A stretch of DNA of 63,925 bases, the filler included, from Octopus bimaculoides (taxonomy: Eukaryota), in assembly GCF_001194135.2 (NCBI RefSeq). It is 6 parts of 6 records of this genome, joined end to end, with 100 filler letters (N's around TTAATTAATTAA, not from the genome) between each part and the next. Parts side by side here need not be neighbours in the genome. Positions count along the whole stretch, not along the records: positions 1 to 10,682 come from NC_068984.1; positions 10,783 to 17,394 come from NC_068993.1; 4 more parts are not named here. One strand, given 5' to 3'. The notes below the pieces were generated by a model. It was not told the origin of the DNA. It worked only from the letters and a program-made list of their open reading frames with translations, and ran no database searches. Positions 1 through 13,495 of this stretch are shown piece by piece. Made by a program: the position numbers and the translations under genes. The number at the start of each line of letters is the position of its first letter. Position 1 is the stretch's first letter.

Positions 1-35
<35 letters not shown>

Positions 36-194
36 CCCATATCACTGAATAAGGAGAGGTTTGTGTTGATGTGGGAAAGAGCAAGACAGATAAGAATGAG
101 AGAAAGCTAGAGATCCGGATGTGACGTGAACTAAGATGGGTGGGGCACATTTGGATAGGAATGTATTAATAGAATTAATATTCGAAGTCGCATT

Positions 195-348
195 GACACT
201 CCGTCGGTTACGACGACGGCAGCTACAGATCATCCTACTCGTGACGTTAACGTGCAAGTGGCTGAGTACTCCACAAACGTACGTCCCCTTAACGTTGTTG
301 TGAGGGAGATTCAACGTGAAATAGGATGGGACAAAGCTAGCCATTTGA
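195..348 (-). mobile_element. Nin-domain-like tRNA SINE, partial
   Basis: Contains ttaacgtgcaagtggctgagtactccaca; reverse complement of the family seen near full length at 30301 and 31872. Confidence 0.75.
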
Positions 349-351
349 AAT

Positions 352-505
352 TCGAGAGGATGCTGAAAAGTTCCTGGCTTTGGGTAAAAGAAAATACAGA
401 AGGATCAGTTAATTATGATTTTAGCCAACATATTCCCTTCTCAGATTCACACACTTATTACAGCGGTCCTTCAATTTTTGTAAGTCTTGTAAAAGAACTC
501 GGACC
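352..505 (-). mobile_element. Mariner-derived MITE fragment
   Basis: TIR-like cgagaggatgctgaaaagttcctggct; minus strand encodes LQKLKDRCNKCVNLRREYVG, resembling a mariner transposase C-terminus; homologous to 20946-21173. Confidence 0.75.
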
Positions 506-678
506 TGTCTTGATACCCTTGAATTCAGGAATTTCCTGTAGCCTCTCGTACAGATATATTCAGGTTTTGCTAGCTGAATGGACAGAAAAAAAAAACATCC
601 AGTAAAGTACATTTCTATATTTGAGAGATGTACATTATTTACATTTCACGGATATTTGTCCTCATCTTGTTTGTCGTT

Positions 679-724
679 AACACAACATTTCGGCTGATAT
701 ACCCTCCAGCCTTCATCAAGTGTC
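679..724 (-). ncRNA. Degenerate minimal type I hammerhead ribozyme motif in a repeat (~605-775)
   Basis: Minus strand GACAC-TTGATGA-A-GGCTG(10-nt loop)CAGCC-GAAATGTT-GTGTT; stems I and II pair; two core substitutions. Confidence 0.6.
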
Positions 725-1343
725 TTGGTGAAATTTCGAACCTGGGTTCTCATTCCTAGGGTATTTTTCTATATTATCATCATTATTATTATTATTATTA
801 TTATTAAATATATATGTATATTCTAATGAACACATATATGCTATTATGTATGTCTATACATATATGCATGTATGAGTGAGAGTGCGTGTTAGTGTACGTG
901 TGTGTTTCTGTGTGTGTGTGTGTGTTGGTGCGTGTGCGTGTGTGTGTGTGCGCGCGCCTAGGTGTGGTAAAATATATGTACTTTTTTTCTTACCGTAGCC
1001 TAAACTGTCTTTACTTGCAAGTGAATGTATTTTATCGATGCTGATAGTTTGATACCAGCGCGAATCATTATGATGCGGGTCTCTCTTTTTCAATATTCAG
1101 ATGGCTTCCAGTCCGGCATGTCAGCTATTTTTACTCGATTACAACTGAAATCTTTATGCTTTTTAAACGCCGCTGTCTGTTCACCAATACATCAAGCTGG
1201 TCCTTAAAAAACGGCGACATAAATAATCGTTAAATTTATACCGAGTTCCCTATATATTCACACACTCTCTTCACACACACATATATACATTATTATGTAT
1301 ATAATTATCTAATTAAGATGAATAATTAACGAAAGTAGCTATA

Positions 1344-1486
1344 GGCGCACGAGTGGCTGTGTGGTAAGTAGCTTGCTTACCAACCATATGGTTCCGGGTT
1401 CATCCCCTCTGCGTGGCATCTTGAGCAAGTGTCGACTAAAGCCTTGTGAGTGGATTTGGTAGACAGAAACTGAAAGAAGCCCGTCA

Positions 1487-1541
<55 letters not shown>

Positions 1542-1753
1542 ATATGTTTGTGTGTCTGTGTTTGTCCCTCCCCCGAACATCGCTTGACAACCGATGCTTG
1601 TGTGTTTACGTCCCCGTAACTTAGCGGTTCGGCAAAAGAGACCGATAGAATAAGTAGTAGGCTTACAAAGAATTAGTCCTGGGGTCGATTTGCTCGTCCA
1701 ATGACGGTGCTCCAGCATAGCCGCAGTCAAATGACTGAAACAAGTAAAAGAGT
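1344..1753 (+). mobile_element. CORE-like tRNA SINE with internal (TA)n/(TG)n
   Basis: tRNA-like A/B boxes (tggctgtgtggtaag, ggttcatccc), gagcaagtgtc core, tail cagtcaaatgactgaaacaagtaaaagag; several other copies in the window. Confidence 0.8.
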
Positions 1754-1914
1754 CTATTTGTGTGTATGTATTTCTCTAGCTACATCTATATGCGTGTATA
1801 TATGTATGTGTGTATGTGTGTCAGACCTAATAATGAACTAACGCATTTAGAAATTTAGAAATATATCTCTCTATCCTCTCCTGCTCGTATTATTTATCTC
1901 TCTCTCTTAGTCTT

Positions 1915-1987
<73 letters not shown>

Positions 1988-3365
1988 CGAGAGAGAGAGA
2001 GGGAGAAAAAATGCGCCTGCGTGTCCCACGGGTAGCTTCGGAATTTTCTACCAAAACGGGTTTTACCCCGATATTTACACGCTAACATTCATAGATTTAT
2101 TTACTTCGAGTTCCATCATTCTTTCAAAACGAACATACATACATACATACATACATACAATCATACATATATATATGTGTGTGTGCGCATGTATTTACAT
2201 ATGTGTGTGTTTAAGTATCTATTTATGTATGTGTGTATATGTATTTAACACTTGATGATCTGCTAACTAAAGTATCGAGAAATACTTCTATCTATTCTTC
2301 CCTATTTATTCCGTTGAAGAGATTTATCAGATAAACCATTTAATACCGACAAAGTTATTGAAGTATAGCAATGTTTATCACGAATTCCCATCAGTCAATC
2401 TGCTGGAAAACATCAGTCTATCAATATGGCTAAAGGGATAGAAGACTACACTGTGGCGATGTTACCAAACTGGTTACTGACCTACTACCAGTCTTTGAGT
2501 TATATTACTAATATTGATCTTAAAAGAGATAAAATATCTATTTTTCATATATATTCACGCAGCAGCACAGATTGTTTTAACAGTAGCTTTTCGTTACTAT
2601 AACTACAGAGGCAACTTCAAGCATGGCCGCTTCTTTCTACATTGACAAATAATAAAACTCTAGAGCGCTTCACTCTAACTACATCATGCTTCATCAATTA
2701 TCATAGCATTGATTGTCAGGTTGTCATAGCAACAGATATCAAGTTGACATCGTAATTAACTCTGCAAAGATATGAACAGGATATCCCGGATGTCACTGCT
2801 ACATTCCCATTAGCTTTTTCCGTACAGATTTCTCAGCTAGACATGGCTGTAAATAATTCTGGTGGCTGTTGTTATCAGTTGGTATCATTATTAAACTGAA
2901 ATACGAGATAAAGCTGTTTCAGTCTCGATAGTCTGGCGGCTGCAATAAAAACTACGTTACACCCAAAATTGACTGCTAAAATTAAAACAACGCCGCTTAA
3001 GCAAATCATCTACTAAATATTTGACCCGAACCACCCCGAACTGAGAAACATCATGGACCTTAAGGATATACTTAGGAATATTTGAAAATCGTTGTACGAC
3101 AGAAAACAACTATAATTGCTCTCACAGAAAGAATTACACACATGTTGGAGTATTTCAGGTCCTTAACCCGATTCAATAGCTAGACTAGTTTTCGGCCAAA
3201 AGCTTTAATATTTGCTGGCTAAATCGATCCGGAAGCTGTGAACAAGTATCATGGTATTACAACCTCATACGAGACTAATAATTTTAGATTTATACACTCA
3301 GGTTTCCATATAAATAATTATAACGTGTATTTCATTATCGCAACATATTTATTGTAACGTAGTTA

Positions 3366-3658
3366 CTCGTCGCCAATAATTGTAGTATTGCCACTATTTA
3401 TCACGATCCTCGTTTACATTATAACTGTGTTGTAACAATAAAATATATAACGAAGAAAGGTAACAACAACGTAACAATCCAACAAACTCTCCCGATCTAT
3501 ACACGAACCAACAAACGATTTTCCGACAAACTACCAAAACGACACCCTACGACTTCCTGCGATTAACACCTATTCTCTGTCTCAATCAGACCCCTATTCT
3601 TTATAGTCGTTCGGTCGAGTCTATTATCGAAGGGAGTGTCATGACTCTCGCTCCAACA
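3366..3658 (-). mobile_element. Gypsy-type LTR (278 bp) with adjacent primer-binding site; internal region lost
   Basis: Minus strand TGTTG...CTACA (3658-3381) followed 5 nt later by TGGCGACGAG (3375-3366), complementary to the tRNA-Ser(GCU) 3' end. Confidence 0.6.
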
Positions 3659-3707
3659 ATATTTAATCCTCAACATATTTATTCCTCTTATTGTCAATTT
3701 ATTACTG

Positions 3708-3920
3708 ATCATTCTTCAGTGCACAGTTGAGGGAGGGCGAAAAAGTGGAAGACAGAGTGAATCCTGGTTTGACAACATCAACGACTGGACAGGTTACAAC
3801 ACAGCGAACGTGGCTACACATTGCAGAGACCAGAGAGCAGTGGCGACGGCTGACAACGAAAGCACCTCACCCCCAACGATTGGCTGCATCAGTTAAGGGA
3901 TTTTGATGATCATGATGATT
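3708..3920 (+). mobile_element. RTE-clade LINE 3' end, decayed
   Basis: Translates IILQCTVEGGRKSGRQSESWFDNINDWTG, an RTE/BovB-like C-terminal motif; ends in a (gat)n-like tail. Confidence 0.75.
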
Positions 3921-4172
3921 AGGGGGTTGTCGACTGGGATCCATATGGCCCTTGAGCGTCCATCTAAGATTTTATTGTGAAAATTTATGTACAATAAATT
4001 GTTTACAGTTCTACAATACACAAAATGTTTTAACAACATTTTATACAGCTACAAATATTTAATTATAAAAATACGGTAAGATGGGGGGGCTTCATATATA
4101 GCTATGGAGATCCAGTAGAATAAGATAGAAATCAGAGACATCTATAAGCAAAGACATGGTTGAGAACCACTG
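3921..4172. mobile_element. hAT-like MITE
   Basis: Right end ggttgagaaccactg; left end is a degenerate match to cagtggttctcaacc...gtccatatg of the copy at 33447. Confidence 0.6.
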
Positions 4173-4456
4173 GTCTAGTAGATAAGGTGACTCACATCGA
4201 CTTAATGTTGCTCAAAGAGGATGCAAAAGGTGGTTTGTGGAAATATTAATGTTAAATCTAAGTTGATAAACACTCGTGAGTTTCCCGAGAATTTGAAGAA
4301 CTCAATCAACAAATCATCTGCACAACATTACTACGAACATAACAATCAATACTCGGCAGTGCTCACGTGAGATCATCCACAAATATCGATTTACTAAATT
4401 TTATTTGTTTATTTATTTATTTATTTATTTTGTATCAATATTATTCATTTGCAGTT

Positions 4457-4687
4457 GGCAAGCTGGCAGAATCGTTAGCACGCCGGGCGAAATGCTAAAC
4501 GGTATTTCCTCTGCCGTTATGTTCTGAGTTCAAATTCCACCGAGGTCGACTTTGTCTTTTATCCTTTCGGCGTCAATTAAATAAGTACCATTTACGCACT
4601 GGGGTCGATGTAATTGACTTAATTCCTTTGTCTCTCCTCGTTTGTCTCCTAAATGTTTAGCCCCTTATGGGCAATAAAGAAATAAAT
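4457..4687 (+). mobile_element. MetaSINE-like tRNA SINE
   Basis: gctggcagaatcgttagc head, ggtcgactttgtcttttatcctttcggcgtcaattaaataagtacc central domain, aataaagaaata tail; a second truncated head at ~4706-4757. Confidence 0.8.
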
Positions 4688-4948
4688 ATCTCCAAGGTAT
4701 CAGAAGGCGACGCGCTGGCAGAATCGTTAGCACGCCGGACGGAATGCTTAGCGGTATACGCCAATGAAACCGGGAAACCGGCCCTTATGAGCCAGGCATT
4801 GCGCGAGAAGGAACAAGCAACAATCATATAAGACCATCATATGTGAAAGGGCGATAATTTCAAAAATTAAGAACTCTCTAAAATTGAGATGCCATTGATA
4901 AATAGGTTATGACAACTGACCGACTTTATCTCTAACAACCAACAGATA

Positions 4949-5189
4949 CAGTAATCCCTCGACTATTGTGGGTGTTGCGTTCCAACATACCCCGCGATAA
5001 ATGAAAATCCGCGATAGGTGAAAATCCGCGAAGTGGAAACAGTACTGTACTCTATATTTTTGTTTTATTATTTTTATAATTTCTATATATTTATTTTATT
5101 ATAAATCCAAAACAACACCACAGAGGGATCGACGTAAGCTAAAATAATAAACCGCCATAGGTGAACCGCGATACGGCGCGGGATTACTG
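4949..5189. mobile_element. Tigger/pogo-like MITE
   Basis: TIRs cagtaatccc / gggattactg with TA duplication on both sides; 241 bp. Confidence 0.85.
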
Positions 5190-5569
5190 TATACACAAAA
5201 CAAAAAAAAAAAGAAAACCACATTGCTTATATTTTCAAGGCATTATCAGTGGGATTTTCAGATTTGAAAGTAGGCAAATTTTGCCCCTCAGAGCAGCGAT
5301 TTCGCCACTTATTTCGTCAATTTATTTCTACTTAATCCACTACAAAATGACAAATCTTCAGAGATATCTCAGCAATTTTTTTCACAAAAAGTAACGTTCA
5401 CTTGCATTTTGTAGATAGCAAAATGAGAGCTCTTCATAGCAATAGCTTTGTTTATCTACTTGATAGTGAAAGCAACAATAGGTACACTCAAGTGCTTTCT
5501 TAACTGTCTAAGAAATAGTTCTTTCACTTCATAAATCTCCCTCTTAAATATTTTCATACAAACACACAG

Positions 5570-5652
<83 letters not shown>

Positions 5653-5745
5653 TGCATACATATGTGAATATATTGACTCATACACGACTGGATTCGCATA
5701 CACATACATGTACATACATATACATATATTTAATATATTATCGAT

Positions 5746-5849
<104 letters not shown>

Positions 5850-7221
5850 TGTGTGTGAGAGAGAGACTTTCCATAGATAGCTTGTGTTTATTATGTTTTG
5901 TTATATTGTAAACTATATAAATATATTTTACAAGACATCTCCGTGCAGCCGCTAGTGTTGTTTTTTCAAGATTTAAATGCAAATATACAGTTTTACAATT
6001 GAATAAACTGAATATAATTTAAGTTGATAGGAATAAGTCGAAAGCATAAACAACTTTTGCTTTCGTTTTGTAATTCAGAAGAGAAAACTAAGTTTTAATT
6101 TTGCTTTATGTTTGTTTGTTTTATTTTATAGTTTGTTATTTTTAATCGCCAACAGAAACGACGTTCTGTTTCCAACAACTTTTTTCTGCTCTGCCATTTG
6201 TAAGATTTCTTAATTCTCCAAAACTAACAATTTTTTTTTTCCACTTTTCAAGTTGATATTAATCCATTACAACCAATTTCATAAAGTACATTCAGTGGAA
6301 TTTAAAACTGTTTTGGTTTTGGTTTTGGTATGACATTCATCATTTTATTTCTGACAATATCAGTGTTTGAGGAGGTATCATGGTATCATGTTTGAGTATC
6401 GGGAAAATAGCAAAAGGATTTGAAGAACAACGCAATGAAAAGGGAAGACAAAAATGCCTGAAACGTTTTCAAAGATGGTTGCTTCCTTGTCTTTATTTTA
6501 CAAGCTCAACGATTTGGGGGAACGATCAAGATGAAGTTTGCTTTTCATGAAAAAAAAAAATAACATATCTGAGAATTAGATTCGAAAACCAAGAAAGCAA
6601 CACTCATTAATATTTCTTTTTTGTGAAACCTGTGCTACAGGCTGATCACCGAGTAGATTAGACAAAGCATTCACTGCATTAAATTTCACAATTATTTCCA
6701 ATAATTTTAACGTGATGATGTAACGATTAATAATAACAGCAATTGAATCACAGACCACAGATGTGGTATTATCGTTGTAGATAAAGTTATTATCAGTAAT
6801 AAATACATCATCTGACTACATTTTTGTTTTCAGTTTTAAGGTTCTTTGTCATCAGAAACGTTCTTTGTCTAACGCCAAATTTCCGAAATATTTAAAATAT
6901 GAAGTCTGCTTCAACATTCGAATTTGTTAAAAGTTTAGTCAAAAATCTGCAATTCAAATGAGTCCAGACTGCTAAATCAGGAATAAAAACTGTATTATAA
7001 CTTGATATTTCATAATAGTGGCTTTAACGATATCTATGAATTGTTAATGTGCATCACTGAGCGATCAGCAAGATTCTGGGTTTAATCTACAAGCCACGTT
7101 CGATTTGCAGCTAAAGCCAATCTCATTTGCATTACCAATGTCCGTGAAAATGAGTGAAGTTCACGACACCAATCATCAGAAGTGAATAATAATGTTTACA
7201 CATTGTTATATACTCTTCATA

Positions 7222-7359
7222 AAAAGCTTGCTTCCCAACCACTTGGTTCTGGGTTCTGTTCCACTGCGTGCCACCTTCGGCAAGTGTCTTCTACTATAGC
7301 CTCGGACCGACCAAAGCCTTGTCAGTGGATTTGATAGGCGGAAAATGAAATAAGCCCAT

Positions 7360-7397
<38 letters not shown>

Positions 7398-7592
7398 CTT
7401 TATGTTTCTCCACGACAATCACTTGACAACCGGTGTTGGTGAGTTTACGTAAACTAGCTGTTCGGCAAAAGCGATCGATAGAAAAGTACTAGGCTATAAA
7501 AAAATAAGTAAAGGGGTCGATTCATTCGGCTGAAATGTTTTCAACGCGGTGCCCCAGTATGTCCGCAGTCTAATGACTAAAACAAGTAGGAA
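7222..7592 (+). mobile_element. CORE-like tRNA SINE
   Basis: Same family as 1344-1753. Confidence 0.75.
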
Positions 7593-8091
7593 ATGAAAAA
7601 GAAAAGATGATGTTTTTAATGGATCTCGGTCAGAATTTCCGACCATGAGTGTTCAAGGGTTCGATGAATTCGATTACCCGAAATGATGAATTGTTGTTAA
7701 AGTGGTTGAATATTCCATCGACATCTGTAAATTTCATGCTATTCTGAAACGTAATCACAGAGGCACTGCAGGCCGAAACTGAACATCTGAATAACAGGTA
7801 CAATACGGGCCTTTATATAGTTTGTTTGCGCAAATTTACTCGCAATCCATGGGGAGAGTCAAGGCTATAGAAAACCAAATTTTTCCCAAGACTTAATGCT
7901 GCGAAATCGAAACCGGTACCTCGTGATTACGAAGTGAACTTCTTAACCATTCGTAACTATTGTCTTCGTAATACTACTGTGTACATATATAAAGTTTTAA
8001 CGATTACACACTGAGGGTGTGGTACCCACTCAATTCCCACGAAAACAAAACACGAGACCAAGCATGTTCAACAGCCCTGTGCTGTAATAAT

Positions 8092-8530
8092 GGTTTCACA
8101 TTTGGCACAAGGCCAGCAATTTTGGAGGAAGGGATAATCGATTACATCGACCTCAGTACACAACTGGTACTTATTTTATCGACCCCGAGAGGATGAAAGG
8201 CAAAGCCGTCCTTGCGGAATTCGGACTCAGAGCATAAAAACGAATAAAATGGCGTTAAGTCCTTTTTAGCTAATTCTCCTGCGTACTAACGATTCTTATT
8301 TCTTTATTGCCCACAAGGGGCTAAACATAGAGGGGACAAACAAGGCCAGACAAAAAGGATTAAGTCGATTACATCAACTCCAGTGCGTAACTGGTACTTA
8401 TTTTATCGATCCCGAACGGATGAAAGGCAAAGTCGACATCAGCGGAATTTGAACTCAGAACGTAACGGCAGACGAAATACCGCTAAGCATTTCACCCGTC
8501 GTGCTAACGTTTCTGCCAGCTCGTCGCCTT
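8092..8530 (-). mobile_element. Tandem dimer of MetaSINE-like elements
   Basis: Two head-to-tail copies with different tail types. Confidence 0.8.
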
Positions 8531-9396
8531 AATTTGTATTGTAATAATATCTTCAAAAGAATTAATGGCTACAAAATCTAGAAGTTGTTCTTTATTCTTG
8601 TTACCTGGAGGACTTCTTTCTACAATGACAATATCAAAGAACTACCAAGAGAAAAATTCAATGAAGTCTTTGTATATTACACAAACAGCAAACTATCGCA
8701 AATTGTAAAAAAAAAAAAAAAAGTCTCTGTGTCTCTTGCCAAGAAAGTTTCTGGTGATTTGGCGGAATTCTCCGAACAACCACACTTCAACTAACATGGT
8801 AGGTTTTCAGAAAAAACTTCCGCATTTGCTGCAACGCTATGTTTTATACGCTAAAAAAAAAATCCTTTCAAATTTTCGTTCTCATGCCACCACCACCACC
8901 ACCACCATCAACAACAACAACAACAACAACAACACTCAAACAAGTTATCTCTTCTAATATAAAACTTTTCTTCCAGGTCTATCATTGCCAAAACTCTTCT
9001 TTCTCTCTTTACCCCTTTCTCATTTTTCATTTTTCTCTCTCTTTCTCCCTTCCTCCCCTTTTTTTTCTTTCTTCCACATTCTCCCCTTGCTCCTCGCTCT
9101 TTCTCTCACTCATTATTTTTCTCTATTTCTCTCTTCCCAACCTTGAGAAACATGATACAATGTCACATCTCCAAATCACTCTGAATTCACCAACTATCAG
9201 CCAATCGATGTTACTATCGACATCTCAAAGCTATTCCTTATATTCGTCAACAATTATCTTTTATGCAAATCTGACAGCCTTATATCCTTTCACATTACTC
9301 CCCACTTGGCTCCCCTCTAAATTCTGCCAACTCTGCTATGTCCCCAAAATTCGGTAATAACTTCTACACTCTTACCTCAATATATCTTTTCTCCAA

Positions 9397-9810
9397 GGCA
9401 GCGAGCTGGCAGAAACGTTAGCACGCCGGGCGAAATGCTTAGCGGTGTTTCGTCTGTCATTACGTTTTATGTTCAAATTCTGGCGAGGTCGACTTTGCCT
9501 TTTATCCTTTCGGGGGTCGATAAATTAAGTACCAGTTGCGAACTGGGGTAGATTTAATTGATTGGCTCCCTTCCCCCAAATCTTCGGCCCTTGTGCCTAG
9601 AGTAGAAAGGAATATATCTTTTCTACTATAGGTAGAAAGTCTGAAATTTTTGGGAAGGAGATTAGTTGATTACATCGATCCAGTATATCACTGGTACTTT
9701 CTGTAACGACGGTGAAAGGATGAAAGATAAAGTTGACCGTGGCTCAATTTAATCTCAGGGCGTACAGACACACGAAATGCCGCTAAGCATTTTCTGCTTG
9801 GCGCGCGAAA
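9397..9810. mobile_element. Inverted (tail-to-tail) pair of MetaSINE-like elements
   Basis: Plus copy ~9397-9612 immediately followed by minus copy ~9617-9810. Confidence 0.75.
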
Positions 9811-10394
9811 TGATTTTGCTTGCTTTCCGCCTTTCTATTCCTTTAATATATCGATATATATTTGTTTCCTCTTCAGGTAACGCATACTCCGTTGAAAATG
9901 ATACGACCCTTCCCTCTTCAATTTTCCTTAAACGTCCACTGACGGACTCAACTCTACCACAACAACTTAGGATTGACATACCCTGATTTATTGAATAGAA
10001 GAAACTGGGAGGACATACCCCGGTTGTGATATGGCAACATCGTTCCTCTCAACACTACCAAAATATACTCAAAAGTGTACAAATGAAATCTATAGCCCAT
10101 TCCCTCTCATATGAATAGTACAGAGTTATATCCCTTCAATCACTTGGCCCCGTTGCTCACATTTGTCCCACTCGGCAACACAATGCCATACATTAAAAAA
10201 AAACTGCATAGCAAAGAATAAGATCCCTTTGCGAAACTAGGGAATATATCAAACTTGATCAATTTTTGAGCTTCTAAAACACTTCAATAAATCAATATTA
10301 ATACATTGATCGAACACATGAGACAGAGCTGTGACTGCTATACAAACATCCCAAAACAAATAAAAAATATTTAATATATAAGCCATACCTCACT

Positions 10395-10682
<288 letters not shown>

Positions 10683-10782
10683 NNNNNNNNNNNNNNNNNN
10701 NNNNNNNNNNNNNNNNNNNNNNNNNNTTAATTAATTAANNNNNNNNNNNNNNNNNNNNNNNNNNNNNNNNNNNNNNNNNNNN

Positions 10783-10852
<70 letters not shown>

Positions 10853-10865
10853 GGATGGATAGATG

Positions 10866-10947
<82 letters not shown>

Positions 10948-11299
10948 GAGATAGATAGATAGATATTTGTTAAAACATATTTAAAATAAATTACACTCAC
11001 TTCCACACCAAACATTAACTTTATAACTATTATATTATTCATAATGTTGCTATCTTGTCCATAGATTACTCGTATGACAATGCTTTTGTCTCTTCGGCGC
11101 CTAAAACAGTGTTGCTTTCCCAAGTTATATTAAATTCTTCATACAGATAACAGATGATGATTTTCTCTGCTACTGCTGCCAACCATGAACATTCCATTGA
11201 TTCAAGAAAGAGAAGTTGTATGGAGGAATCATTTATTGCCGAGACATGCAACCATATGGTCTGTATATTTTTTTCTATAATGCTGAAGAAATAATTTAC

Positions 11300-11387
11300 C
11301 TGTTTGTAGCAAGTTCTCAGTTCGGTCGGCCAATCTGTGGCATTTAATCTGTTCTCAAGGCAATATATCCGATCATTTTTCAGATAT
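11300..11387 (-). CDS. Candidate internal exon (RYLKNDRIYCLENRLNATDWPTELRTCYKQ), unknown product
   Basis: atttatag|A acceptor, CAG|gtaaat donor, 88 nt open (phase 2 to 0) in non-repetitive sequence. Confidence 0.3.
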
Positions 11388-11460
11388 CTATAAATATTGC
11401 CTGTTATATATCTCACTCATACTATTGTAGTGAAATAATGGTATTGATTTTAGCCTTCGA

Positions 11461-11832
11461 ATGACGTTATTATCATCATCGCCATCATCTTCATCATCAC
11501 TATCATCGCCATCATTGTCGTCGTCTTCATCATCACCATCATCATCGTCGTCGTCGTCGTCGTCGTCTTTATCTCCGTGTTCGTTCTCATCATCGTCCTC
11601 ATTATCATCATCATCATCATCAGACATCGTAATCGTCATCATCATGTTAATCATCGTTATCGTAGTCATCATCGTCGTTGTTATCGCCAGCATCGTTATC
11701 GTTGCCATCATCGTCATCATCACCATCATCGCTGTCGTCGTCATCGTCGTCGTTGTCGTCATCATCGTCGGCGTCGGTGTAGTCGCCATCGTCGGCGTAG
11801 TCCCCATTGTTGGCTTCATCGCCGTCATCGTT

Positions 11833-11876
<44 letters not shown>

Positions 11877-11919
11877 TACCATGATCACCACCTTCATCAT
11901 CATCATCATCATCACCACC

Positions 11920-11950
<31 letters not shown>

Positions 11951-12000
11951 ACATCATCATCATCATTATCATCATCATCATCACATTCATCATGCTCATC
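11461..12000. repeat. Cryptic (ATC/GTC)n trinucleotide low-complexity tract
   Basis: Gives poly-I/S/H/D/M ORFs in multiple frames. Confidence 0.9.
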
Positions 12001-12670
12001 ATTATCTTTGCGATATTTAATTACACTCCACTTGCATTTATACGATCGACTCGTACTCAGGATGACTTCACCTTCTATCTCTCCAGGGTGCACAAAATTA
12101 GTAACAGTAAAATATTGCAGTTAATTAAATCCACTGCATCTTTCCCTGAAAAATTTGTGTCCCAGTGCTTTAGCAGAATCGTTAGAGCGACGAACGCACT
12201 GTTTTGCAGCATTTTCCCCTAGCAGTTTACGTTCAAATCCCGCCGATGTCAATTAAACTTTGCCTTTAACCCTTTCCAAGTCGATAAGACAACTTACTGG
12301 GCAAATGTAAAACACTAGGACCAGTGCAATCATCTAAATCTCTCGTTTCACAATTGCTGGCATTGTGCATAAATTAGAAATGATGTGATGTGCCACATTA
12401 GATTCGTTAGAGCGTCAGAAAAAAATGCTTAGCGGTTCGAACCCCACCGACATCAACTTTACTTATGGAAGTATATCCCATTAATTGCATTATGTTTCAT
12501 CACCCACCTCTTTCTGCTTATTACATGCGTACATGTTTTTGTAATTCTCCTGTATACCATATATCGAGACCCTTGCATACCATATATCTGGAACCTTGTT
12601 GTCAATATAGAAATTATTGTTTTCTTCTTGTTGTTGCTTTTTTATTTTTATTTTATTACTGTTGTAGTTA

Positions 12671-12754
<84 letters not shown>

Positions 12755-13495
12755 CTGTTGAGATTATAAATCCTGCATAGCGAATCCAAAAAGCGATTTG
12801 CAATTGTTATAAAACTTTCTTTTTACGTATTTCATTGATAACATTTCTCAGAGAAGAATATAGGTAAATCCTAGATCAGTGTCTTTTGAACTTCACATAC
12901 AGCAAGAATATTTACCTGGCAATTCTTCAAGCTTTCTGCTTTTCCGCATATTCCTTGAGGGTAATAGATATGGTGCTGATTGTATGTAAGAGTGAAAGAA
13001 AGAGAGAGAGAATGTGTGCATGCATATTTGTGTGTTTTTTGTACGTGCTTGTTTATGTGTTTGTGTGTGTTTTATGTGTTAGAGAGTGTTTATGAGAAAG
13101 AGTGTGAAAGAGAGAGACAAAGACAGGCAGAGACAGAGAGAATGCTTGTTAAAGCTTTCTATTGTTATTAAGTATTTGAAAATGATGAACGTAAAGGGAG
13201 GTAATTATAAAATGCAAGAATAGTTGCAGTCTGGCTTCCATTTTCGCTACCAACAATAAAACAGTTGGTAATTCCTCACACAGCCTCAGGGCCCGAAATT
13301 TTCGTACAGTCGATTATATCGAACCCAGTGCTTCAATGGTATCTTATTTTACCGATTTGGGGAAAATAAATAGCAAACAAAAAAGAAAAAAAATTGATAG
13401 TGATGATATTTGAACACATAACATAGGGACAACATCTCAAGAAGAAATATTGCCTGGCGTTCCACGGACTCCGCTTTCCCAGCGTCAACAGAGTA

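Noticed and set aside
6845-6870. CTGATGA on the minus strand followed by GAAAAC
   Set aside because: Intervening sequence cannot form stem II; not a hammerhead.
9777-9986. ORF/terminal exon GNAYSVENDTT... after a strong acceptor at 9876
   Set aside because: The ORF's 5' half is SINE-derived and no linked upstream exon could be supported.
10727-10738. TTAATTAATTAA palindrome recurring five times (also 17439, 37378, 57907, 61975)
   Set aside because: Always embedded in N runs and has stops in all six frames; an assembly gap linker, not biology.
11388-12222. Long overlapping ORFs (poly-Ser/Ile/His/Asp/Met)
   Set aside because: Products of a trinucleotide low-complexity tract open in several frames on both strands.
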